Source: an uncultured Candidatus Rokubacteria bacterium
GTDB taxonomy: Bacteria; Methylomirabilota; Methylomirabilia; Rokubacteriales; CSP1-6
Direction: 5' to 3'
Assembly (NCBI GenBank): GCA_963758635.1
Contig: CAVWWD010000008.1
Coordinates: 224,001 to 288,000 of the forward strand
DNA: 64,000 bases
The position numbers were made by a program, and so were the translations under genes. The notes beneath the pieces are model-generated. The model saw only the letters and a list, made by a program, of their open reading frames with translations. It searched no databases and was not told the DNA's origin. Position 1 is the stretch's first letter. Each line of letters begins with the position of its first letter. Of the stretch, positions 20,126-30,600 are shown in pieces.

Positions 20126-20350
20126 GCCGAAGGCGAGCCGAGCGCATATGGAAATGCAGTGGAACGAACCGTGAACCAGAGAGTGCGGCCCGAAGTGCGA
20201 GGTGAGCCGAAGGCGAGCCGAGCGCATATGGAAATGCAGTGGAACGAACCGTGAACCAGAGAGTGCGGCCGGAAGTGCGAGGTGAGCCGAAGGCGAGCCG
20301 AGCGCATATGGAAATGCAGTGGAACGAACCGTGAACCAGAGAGTGCGGCC
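20111..20350 (+). repeat. Tandem repeat, 3 x 80 bp (repeat family A)
   Basis: Units start at 20111, 20191 and 20271 and are identical except for the first base. Confidence 0.95.
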
Positions 20351-20410
20351 TGAACCGCCCTCATCCCATCACGTCCACCGCGGAGCAGCGGCGCGGACAG
20401 GAGCCACGAC

Positions 20411-20944
20411 ATGCCGAGACCGATGCGACGGATCGTCACCGGACACGACGCGCAGGGCCGATCCATCTTCCTCATGGACGCTCCGTCGCCGCACGTCCTG
20501 GAGCTGCCGGGGATGCCCGGCCTGTCCCTGACCAATCTCTGGGTGACCGATGACAGCCCCGCCGACAACACGGGCGGCGCGGACGCCGCGGCGCGGCCCA
20601 TCGTGCTCGAGCCGCCGGCGCGCGGCAGCATCCTCCGCATCGTCGACTTCCCTCCGGACCGGGAGCTGATGGGGAAGATGGATCGGGACCGCGCGTTCGC
20701 CGCCATGGGCGCGCACGGCGCGATGGACCGGGACGCCTCGCGCCACCCCGGCATGCACAAGACCAGCACGGTGGACTACGCGCTGGTCCTCGACGGGGAG
20801 ATCTGGGCCCTCATGGACGAGGGCGAGCGGCGCCTCGAGGCGGGAGACTGCCTCGTCCAGCGCGGGACGAATCACGCGTGGAGCAACCGGAGCGACCGTC
20901 CGTGCCGCGTGGCCTTCATCCTGATCGGCGCGCGGCCCGCATGA
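20411..20944 (+). CDS. Cupin domain protein
   Basis: RRIVTGHD, MHKTSTVDY and VQRGTNHAWSN. Confidence 0.9.
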   Translation: MPRPMRRIVTGHDAQGRSIFLMDAPSPHVLELPGMPGLSLTNLWVTDDSPADNTGGADAAARPIVLEPPARGSILRIVDFPPDRELMGKMDRDRAFAAMGAHGAMDRDASRHPGMHKTSTVDYALVLDGEIWALMDEGERRLEAGDCLVQRGTNHAWSNRSDRPCRVAFILIGARPA

Positions 20945-21699
20945 TCCTCTTCGACCACGTCGCGATCGCCGCGCCCCGGCTGGCCGACGCCCCCGCCGTG
21001 CTCGCCGCTCGGCTCGGGGGCGTCCCCGCCTACGGCGGAGAGTCGAAGCCGTATCGCTTCTTCCAGTGGCGCTTCGCGGGCGGCGGCCGCATCGAGGTGC
21101 TGGAGCCCTCCGTCGAGGAGAGCTTCCTCCACCGCTTCCTCGCCCAGCACGGCGCCGGCGTCCACCACGTGACCTTCAAGGTGCCGAGCCTCGCCGAGGC
21201 GTGCGCGCGCGCCGCGGCGCGCGGCTACCGCATCGTGGGTTTCGACGACTCCGACCCGGAGTGGGCCGAGGCCTTCCTGCATCCGAAGGAGGCGCTCGGC
21301 ATCGTCGTGCAGATGGCCGAGACGCGGTGGGAGCCCGGCCCGGACGCGCTCGCGCGCTTCCCGCCGCCGCCCGGCCCGGTGTCGCCGCCGCCCGCCGTCA
21401 CGGTCCTCGGGCTCCGGATGCGCGCGCGGTCGCGCGAATGCGCGGACCGGCAGTGGGCCGAGGTGCTCGGCGCTCACGTGAGCGAAGCGGACGGCGCCCT
21501 CGTCTACCGGTGGCCGGGCTCGCCGATGCGCCTGATGGTGGAGGTGGACGCGCGCGCCGACGAGGGCCCGGTGGCGATCGAGTACGCGGCGGACCGCCCG
21601 GTCGAGCTGCCCGATGGCCCCGCGCCGCTTCTCGGCGCCGTCTTCTCTCGCGTCGCGGCGCCGGGGCCTGGAGCCGCGTCAGCGGCGCCTCGGGTGTAG
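20941..21699 (+). CDS. VOC family protein (methylmalonyl-CoA epimerase-like N-terminal domain)
   Basis: FDHVAIA, IEVLEP, GVHHVTF and AFLHPK; ATGA overlap with the cupin gene. Confidence 0.8.
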   Translation: MILFDHVAIAAPRLADAPAVLAARLGGVPAYGGESKPYRFFQWRFAGGGRIEVLEPSVEESFLHRFLAQHGAGVHHVTFKVPSLAEACARAAARGYRIVGFDDSDPEWAEAFLHPKEALGIVVQMAETRWEPGPDALARFPPPPGPVSPPPAVTVLGLRMRARSRECADRQWAEVLGAHVSEADGALVYRWPGSPMRLMVEVDARADEGPVAIEYAADRPVELPDGPAPLLGAVFSRVAAPGPGAASAAPRV

Positions 21700-21706
21700 A
21701 GACGCC

Positions 21707-23665
21707 TCAGCCGTAGAGGTGGCAGGCGACCATGTGGCCGGGCGCGGGGTGCCGCTCGGCCGGGTCGACCTCCGCGCACTGGGGCATGGCGGCAGGGCAG
21801 CGCGGGTGGAAGTGGCATCCCGACGGCGGGTTGATCGGCGAGGGGACCTCGCCGGTGAGGATGATCTCCTCGCGCGTGCTGTCCGGATGGGCGGGCAGGG
21901 CGGCGGAGAAGAGCGCCTTCGTGTACGGGTGCAGCGGGTTCTTGAACAGCTCCTTCGACTTGGCCCGCTCCACGATCCGGCCCAGGTACATCACCGCCAC
22001 TTCCTGGGCCATGTAGCGCGTGGTGGCCAGGTGGTGGGCGATGAGCAGGTAGCTCACGCCGTACTGCCGCTGCAGGTCCACGAGCAGGTTCATGATCTGC
22101 GCCCGGATGGACACGTCGAGGGCGGAGACCGGCTCGTCCAGGATGATCAGCTTGGGGTCGGAGATCAGCGCGCTCGCCACGGCGATGCGCTGGCGCTGCC
22201 CGCCGCTGAACTCGTGGGGATAGAGGTCGGCCTGCTGCGGCCGCAGCCCCACCCGCCCCAGCATCTCCGCGACCCGTGTCTTGACCTCCTGCGAGGACAG
22301 CGGGCGGTTGATCACGAGCGGCTCCGCCACGATGTCGCGCACGCGCATGCGCGGGCTCAGCGAGGACCACGGATCCTGGAACACCGCCTGCACCTTCATC
22401 CGGTACTGCCGCAGGTCGTCCCCGTGGAGCGCGTGGACGTCCTTGCCGTCCACGAACACGTGCCCCTCGGTGGGCTCCTCGAGCCGGAGCACGAGCTTGG
22501 CCGTGGTGGTCTTGCCGCAGCCCGACTCGCCGACGATGGCGAGCGTCTCCCCCTGGGGGACCGACAGGTCGATGCCGTCGACGGCCTTCACCCAGCCGAC
22601 CGTCTTCGTCCACACGACGCCCTCGGTGACGGGGAAGTGCTTCTTGAGCCGCTCGACGCGGAGGATCAGGTTGTCGGACATGTGGCTCTCGAGCTTCCAG
22701 CAGTCCGCGCGATGGCCCTCGCCGACGGTGAAGGCCGGCGGATACTGCTCCCGGCACCGATCGTCGGCATACGGGCACCGCGGGGCGAACCGGCAGCCCT
22801 CGGGCAGGTCCCAGAGGGCGGGCGGCTGGCCGCTGATCGAGTAGAGCCGCTCGACGTCGTCGTCCATGCTGGGCACGGAGTTCAGCAGGGCCTGGGTGTA
22901 CGGGTGCGACGGGTGGTTGAAGATCTCCCGCACCGGGCCCATCTCCACCGCGCGCCCCGCGTACATCACCATGACGCGGTCGCACATCTTCGCCACGACC
23001 CCGAAGTCGTGGGTGATGAAGATCACGGCGAGGTTCGTCTCCTCCTGGATCTCGCGCAGCAGGCGCAGGTACTGCGCCTGGATCGTCACGTCGAGGGCGG
23101 TGGTGGGCTCGTCGGCGATGATCACCTTCGGCTCGCACGAGATCGCGATCGCGCCGACCACGCGCTGCTTCATGCCGCCGCTCATCTGGTGCGGGTAGTC
23201 CTGCACGCGGCGCTCCGGGGCGGCCAGCCGCACCTGCCGCAGCCCGTCGACGGCCCGGCGGACGAGCGACCGGTGCCCGTCCTGGTGGTGGATGCGGATC
23301 GCCTCGATGAGCTGGTTGCCGATCGTGAACACCGGGTTGAGCGAGGTCTGCGGGTCCTGGAGGATCATCGAGATGCGACGCCCCCGGATCTCGCGCATCT
23401 GCTTCTCGGTCTTCTCGAGGAGGTTCTCGCCCTCGAGGCGGATGACGCCCTTCACGATGCGGGCGGCGGGCCGGGGCACGAGCCGCAGGAGAGAGAGCGC
23501 GGTCATGGTCTTGCCGCAGCCGGACTCGCCCACGATGCCCAGCACCTCGCCCTGGCGGAGGGAGAAGCTCACGCCGTCCACGGCCTTCACCACGCCGTAG
23601 CGGCTGAAGCAGTAGGTGTGCAGGTCCTCGACTTCCAGGACGACATCGCCGATCGATCTGGGCAT
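21707..23665 (-). CDS. Dipeptide/oligopeptide ABC ATPase, DppD-DppF in one reading frame
   Basis: Two GESGCGKT Walker A motifs, YPHQMSGG and YPHEFSGG, each half ending in HPYT...C-x-F-x-PRC. Confidence 0.88.
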   Translation of the reverse strand: MPRSIGDVVLEVEDLHTYCFSRYGVVKAVDGVSFSLRQGEVLGIVGESGCGKTMTALSLLRLVPRPAARIVKGVIRLEGENLLEKTEKQMREIRGRRISMILQDPQTSLNPVFTIGNQLIEAIRIHHQDGHRSLVRRAVDGLRQVRLAAPERRVQDYPHQMSGGMKQRVVGAIAISCEPKVIIADEPTTALDVTIQAQYLRLLREIQEETNLAVIFITHDFGVVAKMCDRVMVMYAGRAVEMGPVREIFNHPSHPYTQALLNSVPSMDDDVERLYSISGQPPALWDLPEGCRFAPRCPYADDRCREQYPPAFTVGEGHRADCWKLESHMSDNLILRVERLKKHFPVTEGVVWTKTVGWVKAVDGIDLSVPQGETLAIVGESGCGKTTTAKLVLRLEEPTEGHVFVDGKDVHALHGDDLRQYRMKVQAVFQDPWSSLSPRMRVRDIVAEPLVINRPLSSQEVKTRVAEMLGRVGLRPQQADLYPHEFSGGQRQRIAVASALISDPKLIILDEPVSALDVSIRAQIMNLLVDLQRQYGVSYLLIAHHLATTRYMAQEVAVMYLGRIVERAKSKELFKNPLHPYTKALFSAALPAHPDSTREEIILTGEVPSPINPPSGCHFHPRCPAAMPQCAEVDPAERHPAPGHMVACHLYG

Positions 23666-23760
23666 GCGCTCCGTGCCGTCACATGGGAGGGGTGTCGGGG
23701 CACGGGCGTCGAGGAGGGAGGGTGGCCCTCGCCTCCTCGACGCCCCGGAAGGTCCCGGTT

Positions 23761-25427
23761 CTACTTGCCGGGCTTGATGCGCTCGAAGTGGGTGGACCGG
23801 CCGGCGGCGAGCCCCGGATAGACCCACTCGCCCACGGCCTTCGGGTTGGCCACGACCTCGTTCGCGAACCAGAAGAGCGGGATATCGGCGAACTCGTCGA
23901 AGAGGTGGTCCCCGATGGACCGCGCGAGCCGCTGCCGCTCCTTGGGATCCACCGCCTTGGTGAGCGCGTCGTAGGCCTTGTCGATGAACTCGTTCTCGTA
24001 GTTGTGGCCGGCGCTCTTGCTCCAGTAGCTGGTCCGGATCCACTCCTCGGACGGCCGCCACGAGATGATGTTCGGCCAGATGCAGCACTGGATCGTCTTC
24101 TTGCGGAACATGTCGCGGACCTTGGCCCAGTCGAGCACCTCGATCTCGGTCTCGACGCCGATCTCCTTGTAGTAGATGCCGAGGGCCTCGGCGACCTGCG
24201 GTCCCTCCGACTCACCCGGCTCGGTGAAGGCGAGGATCTTGAACTTGAGCTGCCCGGGGCCGTAGCCCGCCTGCTTGAGGAGCTCCTTGGCCTTGGTAGG
24301 GTTGTAGCCGTACATCGAGTCGAAGCGGCTCTTCCACTCCGGGTTGTAGCCCTCCGACTTCTCCGACCAGCCGGTCACGTAGGTCGGCGTGCCCTTGCCG
24401 GCGAACACCGTGTTGAGCAGCTCCTTCCGGTTGATGGCCAGGTTCAGGGCCTGGCGCACGGGCTTCTTGGTCCACGCCACGTCCGCCTTGAAGGCGGGGT
24501 CGCCGGGCAGGTAGTACTGGCCGCCCAGGTACACCGTCATCCAGTCCACCGGGAACGACGACGAGTAGATCTTCATGCCCTTCTTGAGCGCGTCCTTCTG
24601 CAGCTCGCGCGGGAGGTCCGCCACGTGCGCCTCGCCGGACAGGAGCATGGCCAGCCGCGTCGACTCCTCGCGCGCCAGCCGGAACTCCAGCTCCTTGTAG
24701 GCCGGGCGCTGGCCGGTCCAGTGGTTGTCGACGCGCTCGAAGGTGATCGACAGGCCGGGCTGGCGGTTCACGTAGCGGTAGACGCCGGTGCCCGCCGGGC
24801 GCTTGTCGAATCCCTCCTGGCCTTCCTTGTCCCACTGCGCCTTGCTGACCATGCGGAGGTCGCCGGCGCGGGACACCGCGTACAGCATCGTCGTGGACGG
24901 CCGCTTCATCCTGAACACGACCTGGTGGTCGTTGAGGACCTTGACCTCCTCGACCGTCCGCCAGAACGGGGCGAGCGTCGCCGTCGTCTCCGGGCGCTGC
25001 ATGAACGCCACCGAGTGGACGACGTCGCGGCGCGGTGAACTGCCCGAACCCGTAGTGGAACTGGACCCCCTTGCGCAGGGTGAACGTCCACTCCTTGTAG
25101 TCGGCGCTGTTCGACCACTTCTCGGCGAGGCGGGGCGTGTACTCGCCGCTCTTGGGATCGACCTCGAGCAGCGTCTCGAGGAACGGGTCGTACTGGAGAT
25201 GGTCGGGCCGGGCGACCATCCAGAACCGGTTGCTGTCCTCGAAGCCCGCGGAGGCGAAGACGAGCTTCTGGGGCTGGGCCGATCCCGGCGCCGGCGCGGC
25301 CACGAGCGACGCGAGCACCACCAGCCCCAGGGCGAGGGGCACGAGCCTCGAGAGCTGGGGTTGGCGGTCGTTTCCACTGCGCTTTCATGTGCGCTCCGCT
25401 CGCCTTCGGCTCGCTTCGCAAGGCCAT
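23761..25427 (-). CDS. Dpp/Opp family 5 substrate-binding protein (indels about 25030 and probably about 25360)
   Basis: PRLAEKW, WTFTLRKGVQFH, PAGTG and VRQALNLAINR; SD AAGGAGG 7 nt before ATG 25427. Alternative start GTG 25342. Confidence 0.85.
25370..25420 (-). repeat. Repeat family A, diverged single copy
   Basis: Reverse complement TGCGAAGCGAGCCGAAGGCGAGCGGAGCGCACATGAAAGCGCAGTGGAA; 42/49 identical to the 80-bp unit by hand count. Confidence 0.85.
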
Positions 25428-25488
25428 CGTGGATCCTCCTTGGCATGATGTTCGCGCTCGGGTCGGCGCCGGTGCTCAGGCGCCCGTG

Positions 25489-26385
25489 TCACACGTTGCG
25501 CAGCTTGGGATCCAGGTGGTCCCGGAGCCAGTCGCCCAGCAGGTTCAGCGCCAGCACGGTCAGCATGATCGCCAGACCCGGGAACATCGAGACCCACCAG
25601 GCGGTGACGATCAGCTCGCGCCCGTCGGCGATCATGAGGCCCCACGCCGGCGTGGGCCGCGGGAGACCCGCGCCGAGGAAGCTCAGCGCGGACTCGAGGA
25701 GGATGACGTAGCCCACCTGGAGCGTGGCGAGGACGACCAGGGAGTTGATGACGTTGGGGAAGATGTACTTGCCCATGATCCGCAGGTGCGAGGCCCCCGC
25801 CACGCGCGCGCGGGCGATGAAGTCCCGCTCCTTGATGCTGAGGGTCTCCGCCCGCACGAGCCGGGCGTAGCGCGCCCAGAGCAGGACCACGAGGACGATG
25901 ATGACGGTCCAGAAGCTCGGGCCGACGGCGGCGACGAGGACGAGGGCGAGCAGGATCGTCGGTAAGGACAGGGAGATGTCGACCAGGCGCATCAGCGTGC
26001 CGTCGACCCGCCCCCCGAAGTAGCCCGATATCAGCCCGAGCGCGGTGCCGATGGCGCCGCCCACGAGGATGGCGACGAGGGACACCGCCATCGACACCCG
26101 GGCGCCGTAGATCATGCGGCTCAGGATGTCGCGTCCGAGCTTGTCCGTCCCGAGCAGGTGGTCGCTCGTCCCGCCCTCCTGCCAGACGGGCGGCTTCAGC
26201 CGCTTGGCGAGCGATCCTCTCAGGGGATCGTACGGAGCGACCTGCGGCGCCAGCGCCGCGGGGATCACGAGGAGGATCGTGAGGAGCGCGATCGGCACCA
26301 GGGGATAGCGCCGGGCCTGGCGCATCGCGTGGGCGACCCGGGGGCGCGAGTACCACGGCAGCGTTCTCGCGGTCACGATGGCCAT
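25489..26385 (-). CDS. Dpp/Opp ABC permease (DppC-like)
   Basis: [23 protein letters not shown] and NLLGDWLRD. Confidence 0.92.
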   Translation of the reverse strand: MAIVTARTLPWYSRPRVAHAMRQARRYPLVPIALLTILLVIPAALAPQVAPYDPLRGSLAKRLKPPVWQEGGTSDHLLGTDKLGRDILSRMIYGARVSMAVSLVAILVGGAIGTALGLISGYFGGRVDGTLMRLVDISLSLPTILLALVLVAAVGPSFWTVIIVLVVLLWARYARLVRAETLSIKERDFIARARVAGASHLRIMGKYIFPNVINSLVVLATLQVGYVILLESALSFLGAGLPRPTPAWGLMIADGRELIVTAWWVSMFPGLAIMLTVLALNLLGDWLRDHLDPKLRNV

Positions 26386-26409
26386 GGCGCGACTCCTTGT
26401 CTTTGCCCG

Positions 26410-27330
26410 CTACCGGAGGCGGATCCGGGGGTCGAGATAGGCATAGAGGATGTCGACCATCAGGTTGGTCAGGATGAAGATGCCCGCGAAGACGATCACG
26501 ACGGCCTGGACGACCTGGAAGTCCCGGGCCCGCACGGCATCGACGACGAGGAGCCCGGTGCCGGGCCAGGAGAACACGCTCTCCGTGACCACCGACCCCG
26601 TCATGAGGACGCCGGCGATGATCGCGAAGAACGTGAGGGGCGCGATGGCGGCGTTGCGCAGGCAGTGCTTCCAGATCACCTTCCACTCCGCGAGCCCCTT
26701 GATGCGCGTGAGCTTCACGAACTCGCTGTCCAGGACGTCCAGCATCGAGGAGCGGACCAGCCGCATGATGGCGGCCACCTGGAACCAGCCCAGCGTGATC
26801 GCGGGGAGGATCATGTACTGGATGCCGCCCCTGCCCGAGGTCGGGAACCACCCCAGGTGCACCGAGAAGATCCACATGAGGACGATGCCGAGCCAGAAGC
26901 CGGGCAGCGACTGGCCCAGGAGCGCGACGATCTTCGCGGCGGAGTCCCAGGCCGTGCCCTTCCAGACCGCGGAGAGCACCCCGATGGGCAGCGCGATCAC
27001 GATGCTGATGAGGAGCGCGAAACCGGCGAGCTGGAGCGTCGCGGGCAGGCGCTGCCACGACGAGGCCCATCGCGGTGTGTCCGTGCCACTTCCAGGAGTG
27101 TCCGAAGTCGCCCTGGAGGGCCTTGCCGAGGAAGATGCGTACTGGGTGGTGAGGGGCTTGTCCAGGCCCCAGTGCTTGGACACCCGCTCGTAGTCCTCGG
27201 GGCCGGCCTCGAGCGGCAGCATGACGTCGAGCGGATTGCCCGTGATGCGCGCGAGCGAGAACACGATGAGGCTCATGACCCAGATGGCCAGGAGGCTCTG
27301 GAAGGTGCGCTTCGCGATGTAGCGCTGCAT
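26410..27330 (-). CDS. Dpp/Opp ABC permease (DppB-like), compensating indels about 27060-27140
   Basis: GLDKPL, LPATLQLA, KHCLRNA, ESVFSWPG and YAYLDPRIR. Confidence 0.9.
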   Translation of the reverse strand: MQRYIAKRTFQSLLAIWVMSLIVFSLARITGNPLDVMLPLEAGPEDYERVSKHWGLDKPLTTQYASSSARPSRATSDTPGSGTDTPRWASSWQRLPATLQLAGFALLISIVIALPIGVLSAVWKGTAWDSAAKIVALLGQSLPGFWLGIVLMWIFSVHLGWFPTSGRGGIQYMILPAITLGWFQVAAIMRLVRSSMLDVLDSEFVKLTRIKGLAEWKVIWKHCLRNAAIAPLTFFAIIAGVLMTGSVVTESVFSWPGTGLLVVDAVRARDFQVVQAVVIVFAGIFILTNLMVDILYAYLDPRIRLR

Positions 27331-27470
27331 GCGACCTCCGCTCCGCGCCGAGCGACGCTGCCCGGCGACCGACACGAGGGCTGCGGGCCACGAGCCGCGG
27401 GGGCCGCCCGCAGCTTGCCCCAGATGCTGCCCTTACTGAGTCCCCCAGTCAAGCCGCTGCTGTGCCTAGC

Positions 27471-27562
27471 AGTGCGAGGTGAGCCGGAAGGCGAGCCGAG
27501 CGTATATGGAAAAGCAGTGGGAACAACCCCAACGGCTATGGAGTGCAGTGGGAACAACCCCA
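27471..27562 (+). repeat. Repeat family A copy with duplicated 3' part
   Basis: AGTGCGAGGTGAGCCGGAAGGCGAGCCGAGCGTATATGGAAAAGCAGTGG; GCAGTGGGAACAACCCCA occurs twice. Confidence 0.85.
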
Positions 27563-27610
27563 CCAGCCGGGCCCGCCGCGCCGCCGCCTCCTGTTGTATC
27601 CTGGGCTTCC

Positions 27611-30600
27611 GTGTACCTCGACCGTCGGCTCTGGGCATTCACGCGCGGCGTCCGCCTCCGCATCCTCGGCACCGTGGTGCTGGGGCTCCTCGCGGTGGGC
27701 GCCGGGATCGCCCGTCTCGCCCTCCTCGGCTGGCTCCTCGCGCGGGTCATCAAGGGTGATCCGCCGGGCGCCCTCGTGTGGCCGATGGCCCTGACCGCCG
27801 GCGCCATCCTCGTGCGGGGAGGCCTGGAGTACTGGCGCACGATGGCCGCCCACCGGACGGCCTCCCGCGTCCAGGGGGTGCTGCGGGGCGCCATCTACGA
27901 CCGCGTCACCGCGCTCGGGCCCGCCCACTTCAGCCGCTCCCGCACCGGCGAGGTCATCCTCTCGATGGTGGAGGGCGTCCAGCAGCTCGAGGTGTACTTC
28001 GGGCAGTACCTGCCGCAGCTCGCGGTCGCGGCGCTGACCCCCGTCCTCATCTTCGTCTTCGTCGCCTTCGTGGACCTGCCGATCGCGCTGGTGCTGCTCG
28101 TGGCCGCCCTCGTCACGCTGATCGCCCCCACGCTCTGGCACCGGAAGGACGCGGGGAAGAGCCGCGCGCGGTCCCAGGCCTACGCGCGCTTCGGCGCCGA
28201 GTTCCTCGACTCGGTGCAGGGGCTCGCCACGCTCAAGGCGTTCGGCCAGAGCGGCGAGCGCGCGCGGATGCTCGACGAGCGCGGGCGGGCGCTGTTCCGC
28301 AGCACCATGGGCGTCCTCGGGACCAACACGCTCGCCCGCGGGATCACCGACACCGGCATCGCGGTGGGCGCGGCCGTCGCGCTCGGCTGGGGCGCCTACC
28401 GGGTCCAGGCGGGACAGATGGACATCGGGGCGCTGCTCGTCATCCTGATGCTCGGCGTGGAGGTCTTCCGCCCGCTCCGCGAGCTGCGCACGGTGCTCCA
28501 CCAGGGCATGCTCGGCCTCTCCGCCGCCGACGGCATCCTGACCATCCTGGCCGCGGAGCCGCGCGTGCGCGACCGGGGCACGCCCGGCGCGGACGGGCAG
28601 CCGCTCGCGCCCACCGTGTCCTTCGACCGTGTCCGCTTCTCGTACCCGGGCGGGCGCCGCGCCGCCCACGCGGACCTCACCTTCGACGTGGCGGCGGGCG
28701 AGCGGGTGGGCATCGTCGGCCCGAGCGGCGCGGGCAAGTCCACGGTGGCGCGGCTGCTGCTGCGCTTCTACGACCCCGACGGCGGCGCCGTCCGGCTGGG
28801 CGGCCACGACCTGCGGGAGCTGTCGCTGGACCAGCTCCGCGGCATGATCGCGGTGGTCAACCAGGACACGTACCTGTTCCACGGCACCGTGGAGGACAAC
28901 CTCCGCATGGGCAAGCCCGACGCGACGCCCGCCGAGCTGACGGCGGCGGCGCGCGCGGCCAACGCCGAGGAGTTCATCTCGCGGCTGCCCCAGGGCTACC
29001 GCACGGTGGTCGGCGAGCGCGGCGTGCGCCTGTCCGGCGGGCAGCGGCAGCGCATCGCCATCGCCCGCGCGCTGCTCCGCGACGCGCCGATCCTGATCCT
29101 GGACGAGGCGCTCTCGTCGGTGGACGCGGAGAGCGAGGCGGTCATCCAGGAGGCCCTCGATCGCCTCATGCAGGGCCGCACCACGCTGATCTTCGCCCAC
29201 CGGCTGTCGAGCGTGATCGGCGCCGACCGGATCCTGGTGCTGGGCGACGGCCGGGTGGTGGAGACCGGCGCCCACGCCGAGCTGATGGCCCGTCGCGGCG
29301 CCTACCACCGGCTGATGGCCGCGCAGGCCCAGGACGGCGCGGCGGCGCGGAACGGCGGGGACCGTCCGCTCCTCCCGCGCGCGCCGGGCGAGGACGGCGA
29401 GCGCGAGCGCGACGTGGCGCTGCCCGACACCGAGCCGACCGACGCGATCCTGCGGGCCGAGGGCCTCACGTGGCCGCGGCTCATCCGCGTCCTCCTGGGC
29501 ATGGTCGCGGGGTACCGGGCGCGGCTCGTCACCACGTTCCTCCTCGGCGTGGCCCGCGTGCTGGCGTTGATCGGGGTCGGCGTGGTCAGCGCGCTCATCG
29601 TGCGCGCGGTGAAGTACGGGCAGCCCTTCGGCGGGCTCCTCGTGATGCTCGCCGTCATCGCGCCGCTCGCCGGCCTGCTCCACTGGCTCGAGTCGTGGCT
29701 GGCCCACGACATGGCCTACCGCCTCCTCGCGGACATGCGGCTTCAGATGTTCCGCACGCTGGACCGCCTCGCCCCCGCGTACCTCACGCGGCGGCGCACC
29801 GGCGACCTGGTCGGCCTGGCCACCCACGACATCGAGCTGATCGAGTACTTCTTCGCGCACACGATCACCCCCGCCTTCGTGGCCGTGCTCGTCCCGCTGG
29901 GCGTCCTCGCCACGCTCGCCGCGTTCGGGTGGCCGCTGGCCCTGGCCCTCCTGCCGTTCCTCGCGTGGGCCGGCCTCACGCCCGTCCTCGGCAGGAAGCG
30001 CATCGACCGGCTCGGCTCGCGCGCGCGCGAGGTGTCGGGCGACCTCTCCGCGCACGCCGTCGACTCGGTGCAGGGGCTCGGCGAGATCGTGGCGTTCCGC
30101 CACGTGCGCGCGCGCGGCGAGGAGTTCGCGGCGAAGGCGCGCGAGTACCTGCGGGTCCGCGTGCCGTTCCTGCACGACCTCACGCTGCAGGGCGCGCTCC
30201 AGGAGGTGGCGACCGGGCTCGGCGGCCTCGCCGTGGTCGCCGTCGGCGCCGCGCTCGCCAGCCAGGGGCGGCTCGACCCCACGCTCCTGCCCGTGGCCGT
30301 GCTCCTCGCCATGTCGGCCTTCGTGCCGGTGTGGGAGATCGCCCAGGTCGGCCGGCAGCTCGCCGACACGCTCGGCGCCACGCGCCGCGTGCACGCCGTC
30401 CACGCGGAGCCGGTCCCGGTGACCGACGGCCGCGGCGTGGACGACGGCGAGCCGGCGGGGGCCCGTGCGGCGATCGAGCAGTCGGGGGCCCCTGTGGCGA
30501 TCGAGCCGGCGCGGGCCGGCATGGCCCTCGAGCTGTCACGCGTGAGCTTCGCGTACCCGGGCCGCCGGCAGCGCGCGCTGTCCGACGTGTCGTTCGGGGT

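Noticed and set aside
20111..20350. Possible CRISPR array
   Set aside because: Whole 80-bp units are identical, so there are no unique spacers; no cas genes in the window.
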